Of a stretch of DNA of 64,000 nt, positions 10,055 through 18,900 are shown piece by piece. The notes beneath the pieces were generated by a model. The model had not been told where the DNA came from. It ran no database searches and saw nothing but the letters and a program-made list of their open reading frames with translations. A program made the translations under genes and the position numbers. Within the stretch, counting starts at the first letter, position 1. Every line of letters begins with the position of its first letter. This DNA is from Candidatus Yonathbacteria bacterium (lineage in GTDB: Bacteria; Patescibacteriota; Minisyncoccia; Phycocordibacterales; JACNGX01). The DNA is taken from the NCBI GenBank assembly GCA_013334825.1, contig JAAXWR010000001.1, positions 11,769 to 75,768 on the forward strand, in the 5' to 3' direction.

Positions 10055-10101
10055 GGTAACATAGGTAATTCGTATATTCGTAAACATTCGTTATTCGTAT
10101 G
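10055..10101 (+). repeat. module A copy, supplies the tatD start codon
   Basis: 'ggtaattcgtatattcgtaaacattcgttattcgtATGaaat'. Confidence 0.7.
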
Positions 10102-10866
10102 AAATATATTGACATTCACTCTCATCTTCACGACGAACCATTTGACCACGACCGCATGGAGGTTCTTGGACGTATGCGAGATGAGAGTCTCGGTACGATT
10201 ACTGTTGGGACGGGGCTTGTGTCATCGCGTAAAGCGGTTGCTCTTGCGGAAAAAGAAGCAGATATATGGGCGAGTATCGGGGTGCATCCGAACGATGACC
10301 CATGTGAGGAATTTGATATGGGCGCATTCACAGGTCTTGCGAGTAATCCGAATGTCGTTGCGATTGGAGAGTGTGGATTTGATTTTTTTAAAACCGATAA
10401 GGATATGGATTATGAACGACAAAGAATACTGTTTGAACAGCACCTTGTGCTTGCTGAAAAGACAGGGCTTCCTCTCATGCTTCATGTTCGCGATGCGTAT
10501 GAAGAAACACTCGAAGTGCTGGGGACATGTAAAGGAAACCTGAAAGGAAATGTACACTTTTTTGCTGGAGATATATCTATCGCAAAACGTTTTCTCGATA
10601 TTGGCTTTACATGTTCGTTCACAGGCGTTATCTCGTTTACCCGAGATTATGATGATATCGTTCGATATATCCCTGACGATATGATACATGCTGAAACTGA
10701 CGCGCCGTACGTTACCCCCGTGCCATATCGTGGTAAACGGAATGAACCGGCATATGTCAAGTTTGTTGCTGAACGTATCGGAGAAATAAAAGCGTGGAAA
10801 CCAGAGTATCAAGAAAAAACACTTTTACAAAATGCGACTCGAGTATTTCTTAAAAACATTGAATAA
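10099..10866 (+). CDS. tatD: TatD family metal-dependent hydrolase/DNase
   Basis: 'IDIHSHL', 'GECGFDF' and 'LMLHVRDA' are canonical TatD motifs. Confidence 0.85.
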   Translation: MKYIDIHSHLHDEPFDHDRMEVLGRMRDESLGTITVGTGLVSSRKAVALAEKEADIWASIGVHPNDDPCEEFDMGAFTGLASNPNVVAIGECGFDFFKTDKDMDYERQRILFEQHLVLAEKTGLPLMLHVRDAYEETLEVLGTCKGNLKGNVHFFAGDISIAKRFLDIGFTCSFTGVISFTRDYDDIVRYIPDDMIHAETDAPYVTPVPYRGKRNEPAYVKFVAERIGEIKAWKPEYQEKTLLQNATRVFLKNIE

Positions 10867-11018
10867 TAAAAGGTTTTATAGGTTTCGTGTTCATGCCCCA
10901 TTTTTTATGAGGAGAGGTGTCGTGTGCTAAACATTCATACGTTAACCTCCCGAGAAATGTTGAAATATAAAGAAATCTCGGTCATCCGAGTTATCCACGA
11001 AAAAGGGTCAACAGGGGT

Positions 11019-11858
11019 GTGGAAAAGATATATAATAATGTAATGGAGGAGACTCTGTGTATTGAAGGAAAAACATATATGGCGTCTTCCTCCGCAGCGA
11101 AAATGGTGGGGTATGCTTCTGATTATGTGGGACAACTCTGTCGCGGAGGTAAAGTTGAGGCAATACGTGTTGGACGTGTGTGGTTTGTTAATATTGCATC
11201 TCTTACCGCATATAGCACATCAACTGACATGCGCACGTCGCGTCAGTCTCCTTTATCATCAGAACACATTTCTTCCACAAAAATGTTTTCTGAGAAGAGT
11301 TTTTTGAGTGATGCCGTAAAATCAGGATTTTCGACATGTATTGAAAGCGTCTTTGCAATCCTTGTGTGTTGTGCATTGTTTGTTGTGGGGATGCGTACTT
11401 TCTCGGGAAATAGTGTTATGACACTCCCAACAATACCACCTAATGTATTTGCTTTTTCCGAGCACGTCATTTCAGAGGATGTGTCCGCAATAGTAAGTCT
11501 TTCAGGAGGACAAATGCATTTGGGGTTTGGTCAGAGCATTGCCGTTATGATATATCGAGGCATAGAATTGTTAGCTTCTGGTGTGCGCATTGTACTCGGG
11601 AAGGCGTTGTATGCTTCTTTAAATATTCTTGGTTTTGGAGTTCCAGAAGGTGTCATTTCAGATCATGTGATGGTTGTTGTACCAGCTGCAGTGAGTGAGG
11701 CAGATAATGAAGAGATGAAAGAAAAAATAAAACAATCATTCTCTGACCCTGTGGATGTGGCAGTTGAAGATGATGGAACAGGTATTATTACGCCAGTCTT
11801 TAAGAGCGGTAAGGAAGACAATTATATGTTTGTTATGGTTCCAGTGGGAGGGGAATGA
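11019..11858 (+). CDS. hypothetical membrane-tethered protein with N-terminal HTH-like segment
   Basis: N-terminal 'AAKMVGYASDYVGQLCRGGKVEAIRVGRVWFV' resembles an excisionase/MerR-type HTH. One TM helix (FAILVCCALFVVGM), then an extracytoplasmic domain. First gene of the surface locus. Confidence 0.4.
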   Translation: MEKIYNNVMEETLCIEGKTYMASSSAAKMVGYASDYVGQLCRGGKVEAIRVGRVWFVNIASLTAYSTSTDMRTSRQSPLSSEHISSTKMFSEKSFLSDAVKSGFSTCIESVFAILVCCALFVVGMRTFSGNSVMTLPTIPPNVFAFSEHVISEDVSAIVSLSGGQMHLGFGQSIAVMIYRGIELLASGVRIVLGKALYASLNILGFGVPEGVISDHVMVVVPAAVSEADNEEMKEKIKQSFSDPVDVAVEDDGTGIITPVFKSGKEDNYMFVMVPVGGE

Positions 11859-11860
11859 TT

Positions 11861-11898
11861 CCTCATCGATATGTCTGTGAACAGATATATCGATGAGG
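11861..11898 (+). terminator. hairpin CCTCATCGATAT-loop-ATATATCGATGAGG
   Basis: 12-bp inverted repeat immediately after the stop at 11858. Confidence 0.45.
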
Positions 11899-12055
11899 GT
11901 TCGTTCTACAGAGAAAAATGCAAGGTCGATGCACCAATCTATGAATACCCCCAAAAAATAACGTGAATATTCCGCACCACGAGGGAATGTTCATGTCGCA
12001 TAAGAACACTGTCATTTGTGTGACAGTTATTAATCAAAATATTATTTTTATCGTT

Positions 12056-12697
12056 ATGTATATATTTAAATTATTTTTTTCATCAGCGACGATAATGGCG
12101 CTCATGTTGACGCTAGTGTATCCTGCGCTTGAACCAGTGATTGTACGTGCCCAAGTTACAGATACGGTTGTTGTAACGCAGACAGTTGATGCTGGGATCG
12201 CTATTTCGTCACCAAGTGATATCACGATGACGCATCTCTCTACCACGCAAAATAGTGCTGTGGGGAGTGCTACGTGGACAGTTACGACGAACAATCAAGC
12301 TGGATATACACTTGATGTACACGCATCAACTGATCCAGCACTTCAAAGTGGATCAGAGCAATTTACTGATTATACAGAGACATCCGCAGGTGTTCCTGAA
12401 GTCTGGAATGTGGTTAGTGCATATGAATTCGGGTTCTCCGCGTATGGGACACATGTGCCTGCTGCGTGGGACACTAATACTGCTACAGATTGTATTGAGG
12501 GGGCGAATGTTCCAGGTGTAGACCTTCGATGGTTGGGATTTAATGGGACGACCGATATTGAGGTGGCGTCATCTTCTTCTGAAACAGGAACTTCAGGAAT
12601 TGCATCTACTATATGTGTGGCAACAGAACAAGATGGAGTCTTCGCACCCTCCGGTGTTTACACTGCCACTATCACAGCGACTGCGACAACTCAATAA
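12056..12697 (+). CDS. secreted surface protein, paralog A (WxL-like C-terminus)
   Basis: Signal-peptide-like N-terminus (the true start is one of the in-frame ATGs at 12056 or 12095). C-terminal 'WLGFNGTTDIEV...GVFAPSGVYTATITATATTQ' is paralogous to 13746..14483 and resembles the WxL motif 'P.G.YTG.LTWTL'. Confidence 0.55.
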   Translation: MYIFKLFFSSATIMALMLTLVYPALEPVIVRAQVTDTVVVTQTVDAGIAISSPSDITMTHLSTTQNSAVGSATWTVTTNNQAGYTLDVHASTDPALQSGSEQFTDYTETSAGVPEVWNVVSAYEFGFSAYGTHVPAAWDTNTATDCIEGANVPGVDLRWLGFNGTTDIEVASSSSETGTSGIASTICVATEQDGVFAPSGVYTATITATATTQ

Positions 12698-13669
12698 ATG
12701 TTTACTGATATGAAAACTCATACAGTTTTAAAAAAGAATATGTATTTTTTTGGATTGTTCATCGTAAGTATGTTGTTGTTTCCTGGATTTGTGAGTGCGT
12801 ACACAATTACTCATATAGGTGCTTCAATACGAGGGGACTTTGTCCTTGAGCCAGCAAAGATTGAACTCTTCACTAATCCTGGGCATGAGTCAGTTACTGA
12901 ACTTCAGGTAACGAATCGAACTGATGATACGCTTACTTTCTCTGTATCAATCGAAGACATGTCTGGTTCTGATGATCCGATGCGCCCAGTGCTTTTGCTC
13001 GGTGATAAACAGGGGCCGTACTCTCTTCGTGATTACATTAAGCCAGAGATTGATACCTTTACGCTCAAATCAGGCGAACGGATAACATTACCGGTGACTA
13101 TCTCGATTCCCTTGGATGCCGAGCCAGGGGGATTATATGGCAGTGTGTTGTTCGAAAGTCGAAGTATTGGTCAAAGTGAAGAGGCGTCTCGAACAATATC
13201 GCGTCTCGGAGCACTCCTTTTTGTTCGTGTAAATGGAGATGTTGCAGAGAGCGGTGCACTTGAAGATTTTCGTGTATCGGGTGGATCCCCTGTCTCTTTT
13301 ACACAAGAGCCAATCGGATTTGAAATGTTGTATCGAAACAGCGGATCAGTGCACGTTAACCCGTACGGTATGATTACGGTACGAAATTTGTTCGGACTTA
13401 CTGTTGGAGAAATTGAAGTGACTCCATATTACGCGATGCCAGAATCACTTCGATATCGAAAAGTCATGTGGGAACATGGACCTCTTTTCGGATACTATAC
13501 GGCGACGCTTGAACAAAATCGTGGATACGATGATATCGTTGATACTCGTACACTTTCATTTGGTGTGTTGCCATGGAGAGAATCTCTTATCGCATTTATT
13601 CTTATCCTATTTGTTATCTTTGGAGGACGATGGATAATTACAACATTTGAATTTAAGCGTAAGAAATAA
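12698..13669 (+). CDS. DUF916/DUF3324-like cell-surface protein with C-terminal membrane anchor
   Basis: Signal peptide. 'FVLEPAKIELFTNPGHESVTELQVTNRTDDTLTFSVSIEDM' resembles the DUF916 N-terminus. C-terminal TM helix plus basic tail 'FILILFVIFGGRWIITTFEFKRKK', as in CscA proteins. Confidence 0.5.
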   Translation: MFTDMKTHTVLKKNMYFFGLFIVSMLLFPGFVSAYTITHIGASIRGDFVLEPAKIELFTNPGHESVTELQVTNRTDDTLTFSVSIEDMSGSDDPMRPVLLLGDKQGPYSLRDYIKPEIDTFTLKSGERITLPVTISIPLDAEPGGLYGSVLFESRSIGQSEEASRTISRLGALLFVRVNGDVAESGALEDFRVSGGSPVSFTQEPIGFEMLYRNSGSVHVNPYGMITVRNLFGLTVGEIEVTPYYAMPESLRYRKVMWEHGPLFGYYTATLEQNRGYDDIVDTRTLSFGVLPWRESLIAFILILFVIFGGRWIITTFEFKRKK

Positions 13670-13745
13670 TTGTATTCAAGATTTGGTACACACATTCTTC
13701 ATGACCACATGTATGCACACAGAAATAAAAAGATGTTCCGGACAT

Positions 13746-14483
13746 ATGCATGTACGCATAGCTCTCATCTGCTGTCTTTTGTGTGCTCCTGTTGCGTTTG
13801 CTGCGGTAATGGAAAGTGACTCGTATCGTATGAGTGCGGATAGTGTGAATATCGGAGGGGCGTTTGGTGAGAGTGATTCATATCACATAGAGGATACAGT
13901 CGGTGAGATTGCGACGGGAGATTCGGGAAGTACATCATATCGTCTTCATGCGGGGTATCAACAGATGCATGGATCAATGATATCAGTAACACCTGGATCT
14001 GATGTAAATCTCAGTGCACTTTCTATGGCACAGAACTCGGCTGTTGCGTCAACTTCTTGGGTCGTAACAACTGACAATACTGCAGGATATATATTTTCAG
14101 TTCGAGCTTCTTCCGTTCCAGCACTCATTGATGGAGGAACAAATGAATCATTTACTGATTATACCGATGGGGGAGTTCCCGAGAGTTGGAATGTTACCGG
14201 AGCTTACGAATTTGGTTTTTCGGGATATGGAGGAAATGTTGAAACAGCAACATGGGGAATGGACATAGGGCCTGATTGTATCGAGACTCCCAATGTTCCG
14301 TCCGCAGGACTCAATTGGCTTGGTTTTGAAGGCACAAATGATATTCTTCTTGCATCTTCAGAATATAGAACTGATGAAGCGGGAGAGTCCACTGTTATGT
14401 GTGTTGCCACACAACAGAATGGGGTCTTTGCGCCGTCGGGTACGTATACGGCAACAGTGACAGCTACCGCTGTCGCGCAATGA
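13746..14483 (+). CDS. secreted surface protein, paralog B (WxL-like C-terminus)
   Basis: Signal peptide 'MHVRIALICCLLCAPVAFAAV'. Its C-terminal half is clearly paralogous to 12056..12697 (YEFGFSGYG, NWLGFEGTNDI, GVFAPSGTYTATVTATAVAQ). Confidence 0.6.
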   Translation: MHVRIALICCLLCAPVAFAAVMESDSYRMSADSVNIGGAFGESDSYHIEDTVGEIATGDSGSTSYRLHAGYQQMHGSMISVTPGSDVNLSALSMAQNSAVASTSWVVTTDNTAGYIFSVRASSVPALIDGGTNESFTDYTDGGVPESWNVTGAYEFGFSGYGGNVETATWGMDIGPDCIETPNVPSAGLNWLGFEGTNDILLASSEYRTDEAGESTVMCVATQQNGVFAPSGTYTATVTATAVAQ

Positions 14484-14530
14484 TGACATGTTGTTCTTTG
14501 AGAACTATGGATACCACTTCAAGACAACAC

Positions 14531-15883
14531 ATGAAAAAAAAAGCCATTCATGTGGCCATAAGTTTTTTCTTCGTGTTGAATTACATGGGAATGACCCCAT
14601 TGCATCTTTTTGCCGCAACGGATAGTGACATTCTTCTTATTCGTCAACAGGTGGGGGATAGTATTGTGCCTCCACCACCATCTTCACTGGGAGGGGGTGG
14701 AGGGACATTTCTTGCCCCAGAACTTTCTATCACCAATGTACGTACTGATGCACACACGACGGATGTTGTCGTTTCGTGGACGACAAGCATCTTTTCGACG
14801 GCCGTACTCACATGGGGGACAGAGGGTGTGTATGGCAAAGGACAATCGGCCGAAGTTGTCCCTTCAATGGAACATACGATGTCGATTGATGGGTTGTCAC
14901 CAGGTACTCAATACGCATTGTCTTTGCGAGTGACAGATATATACGGGAGAGTGGTTACTGTTGAAGGAGTGTTATTGAGAACAGAACGTCTTCCTGACAG
15001 TATTCCTCCAGCGAACGTATCTGATTTCACAGCGATATATCAAGATGAAGGGGTCATGCTCTCATGGGATAATCCTCCTGACACTGATTTCAAGCGTGTA
15101 CGCATTGTGCGGTCAGACATGTTTTTCCCTGAGGATCCATATGATGGACTTGTTGTGTATGAGGGGCGTAAGGAATTTGCACGCGATACATGGGTTGACT
15201 TAGGAACGACGTATTATTATACGGCATTTGCAGAAGACAACACAGGGAATTATGCATCGGGCGCACTTGCTCGTATCCGTATTCCACGTTCTCTCGACGA
15301 AGTGTTTGTTCCTGAGACAGATGAGGGTGATATGTTTGGTGGCATTGAGATACTTCCCGAATACGGTGAAGTTCCGGAAGAAATAAAAACACTTTCATTT
15401 CAAGACTTTCGTTTTGTGCAGTTTGGAAAAGACGTAGAAAGAAATGGGAATACACTTGTCATTGATGCGTCAGGAAATCTTCAAATTCTTCTCGGGTATG
15501 ACTCTGTTCCAGAAGTGTTAAAGACAATCGGGGTGACTCTTGTTGATCCAAATGACCCATCGAAAGTATTTCCATTTTTGTTGCGCCGTGACACAGAAGG
15601 TGATGCATACAGCGCGACACTCGCTCCGCTCACGCGTCCAGGCGTATATCGTATTTCTGCGACAGTGCTTGATTATAAACATCAAGTACTCAAACGATTC
15701 GAAGGAAAACTTATTGTTCCTGGGACAATCGAAACAGAGAGCTTTCCCGCGTTTATAGGTGTTTGTGATTATTGTACAAAAGAGCTGAATGGTTGGCGAT
15801 TTCTTTTCTGTTATGGTTGGATAGCTCTCATACTCATATTGATACTCCTTATGCGTCGGAAAAAAAAGAAGAAAAATTATTGA
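14531..15883 (+). CDS. surface protein with fibronectin type III domains and C-terminal TM anchor
   Basis: Signal peptide. FN3/PAP-N-like 'TDVVVSWTTSIFSTAVLTWGTEG...YALSLRVTD', then a second FN3. C-terminal TM helix plus poly-K tail. Confidence 0.6.
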   Translation: MKKKAIHVAISFFFVLNYMGMTPLHLFAATDSDILLIRQQVGDSIVPPPPSSLGGGGGTFLAPELSITNVRTDAHTTDVVVSWTTSIFSTAVLTWGTEGVYGKGQSAEVVPSMEHTMSIDGLSPGTQYALSLRVTDIYGRVVTVEGVLLRTERLPDSIPPANVSDFTAIYQDEGVMLSWDNPPDTDFKRVRIVRSDMFFPEDPYDGLVVYEGRKEFARDTWVDLGTTYYYTAFAEDNTGNYASGALARIRIPRSLDEVFVPETDEGDMFGGIEILPEYGEVPEEIKTLSFQDFRFVQFGKDVERNGNTLVIDASGNLQILLGYDSVPEVLKTIGVTLVDPNDPSKVFPFLLRRDTEGDAYSATLAPLTRPGVYRISATVLDYKHQVLKRFEGKLIVPGTIETESFPAFIGVCDYCTKELNGWRFLFCYGWIALILILILLMRRKKKKKNY

Positions 15884-15901
15884 TGTAGTTTTTACAAGAA
15901 C

Positions 15902-18900
15902 ATGTATATACCACGCACACGATATATAGTAATGTTTGTAACATTTCTCATAGGAGTGAGTGCTTTTGTTGTGGTGCGTGCGGCATTTAATCCAGAGATA
16001 AATTATCAAGGGAAACTTACGAATACGAGTAACGTCGCGGTGAATAATGGAGACTATAATATACGTTTTCGTCTGTATACCGTTCCGTCGGGCGGTTCTC
16101 CACTATGGACGGAGACGCTCTGTTATTCTCCTGATGCGGGAACTACGTGTGACGGAACAGGTGTCGACAATCGTCCTGAGATTTCGAGTGGTTTATTTTC
16201 TGTACTGCTAGGTGCTGTGTCATCGCTCGCGTCTGTTAATTTTGATCAGACACTCTATTTGGGTGTTGAGATTGGAGGATCCAGCTCAACGCCGACCTGG
16301 GACGGCGAAATGACCCCGCGTAAAAAACTCGGTGCGGTCCCTGCTGCATTTGAAGCAGGGAGACTTGATGGAATTGACTCAGCATCGTTCTTGCGTTCAG
16401 ATGAGCCAGATACAATGGCAGTAACGTCTGCATCGACAGCTCTTACTATCACTCAGTCAGGAACAGGAGATATCCTAAATATCAACGACGGCGCAAGTGA
16501 AGTGTTCACCATCCTTGATGGTGGCAATGTCGGCATTGGCACCATTACCCCTGGTCAAAAACTCACCGTTGACGGCACCCTCGGTATTTTGGAAGGAGGC
16601 ACGACCCCGACGTACCACACGATATTCCAAGGGGGAGATCAGGCAGGTGATGTTACGTATACACTACCGACCGCACAAGCAGGAGGGAGCGGCTATGTGC
16701 TTTCTAATAATGGATCAGGAATTTTGTCGTGGGTTGCTGGAGGGGGTGGAGGAGGTATGGCAATCGGCGGAGCAGTGACTTCAGGGACTTTAGGTTCCAT
16801 ACTTTTTGTTGATGCATCGGGAAATCTTGCACAAGACAATACGAATTTCTTTTGGAATAACACTGATAAAAGATTGGGTATCGGGACGAATACGCCAAAC
16901 GAAGCACTGGATGTAAATGGTACGATTCAAGCAAAAAAAATCCTATTTTATGACGATACCATTACAGGCAAAACTCACAGCAACATCTCTTTTTCGGAAA
17001 CGGAAGTATCCCCAACAGTTACAGATCTTTTGCTTGATTCTGATACAGGAACTGACTTTCGGTTTATAATGGATCATGTATATGAGATAGATTTTGGCAC
17101 ACCTCCTGGAGGTATGAGCGGTTTTTCAAATGCTATAACACTTGGGACGACCGGGACTTCGAGTTTGCGCTTTAATAGCGGTCCGCAGATATACGGTGGT
17201 GTCGGGGATGCGTTGTACCTGGATAGCTATCACGGCACTCTTGTTTCTAATAACAGTGGTGATATCGTTCGTTTTGGGACCAGTAGTGCTAATACAGACA
17301 CGTATTTTTATGGAAATGTCGGTATCGGCACCGCCGTCCCCGATCGTCGTCTCGACGTCCTCGATGCCACAAACCCTCAGCTCCGTCTCACCTACACCGA
17401 CGGCTCGGTGTACACTGATTTTCAGACAACTTCTGCTGGTGATTTATATATAAATCCATCGGGTGGTAGTGTTGGTATCGGGACTGCACTCCCGACTTAT
17501 CCACTGGAAGTTAGTGGAGGAAATCTTGGAGCACAAATGAAGATAACACATTCTGGCGTTGGTTATGCCCCCGCAAGTATTTTATTGGAAGAAGAAACTG
17601 ATTTTGGAAGAGGACAAGGCATTTACCAGCATAGTGTTCCCGATGGCGACTCTTGGTTTTCTGGTGTTCCCTATGGAGCTGATGGAGATTTGTGGGGTGT
17701 CTTCTATAAAAATGATGTGGTGTGGGATCCTAGTGTAGCCTCTACCGCATATTCTGTTCTTAGAGTTGAGAAAAGCGGAAACATAGGACTTAATACTTCT
17801 GCTTATTTAAATTGGGGTGAGATTGGAACGAGCGGATATGGTCTTCGAGATAATGGAGGAGTAATGCAATATAAAAATTCTAGTGGTTCATGGACAAATC
17901 TTTCTGCCGGCGGTGGAGGCATGGCAATTGGAAGTGCTGTAACGTCAGGGACTTCTGGCTCTGTACTTTTTGTTGATGCATCGGGAAATCTTGCACAAGA
18001 CAATACGAATTTCTTTTGGAATAACACTGATAAGAGATTGGGTATCGGGACGAATACTCCTGCATATGATTTGGATGTGGCAGGAAGCGGATATTTTAGA
18101 TCAAAGAGCGGATTAAGTACTGTTACAGAAAGTTTTGAAGGGGTGACGTTTCCCCCAACTAGTTGGACAACAGGAGGTGATGCGAACTGGACAAGAACAA
18201 CAGCGGAAGCACAAGAGAGTGCGGCATCCGCAAATTCAGGGACAATAACAAACAGTCAAATTGCATGGATTGATCGTGATTATACATTTACCACAACAGG
18301 GGAGGTAAAATTCTACTGGAAAGTAAGTTCAGAGACAGCATATGATTACCTCTTGTTTTGTGCTGACAACGATTTATCATGTACAGATAGTTCGTATACG
18401 CAGCGTATTTCAGGCGAGGTTGACTGGGTTGAAGTGACATATGTTGTATCAACACCTGGTGTACATAGTTTTCGTTGGGTTTATTCAAAAGATTCTGGAG
18501 ATCCAGGAGTTTTTCCTTGGTCAGATGAAGGATGGATTGATAATGTGCGTTTTATAGAATCAACAGGAATATCTGGTGGTAATGTGTTTGCTGAAGGGTA
18601 TCTTTCCACAGGAGATAGTGGAGTGTTTATAGGATCTTCCACAAATGATCGAGGGAGTATTTTATATGATACAACGAATAATATTCTTGCATTTGATACG
18701 GATTCGGTTACAAATGCTGACGTTTCGTTCTTTTCCGATAATTTATATATTGATAAATCAACAGAATATATCGGCATTGGTGATGTGACACCCGATTCCG
18801 TTCTCGATATCCTCTCTGCCACCGCTTCCAACACCCAACTCTCCATCGGAAACACTAATGCCGGAGACTATGACCCACAAATCGGGTTCCAGCTCGCCGA

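Noticed and set aside
16704-16934. Two similar small minus-strand ORFs (16704..16934 and 17880..18065)
   Set aside because: They are reverse-frame readings of the intragenic repeat R1 inside the giant fibre gene. Their similarity simply reflects the + strand repeat.
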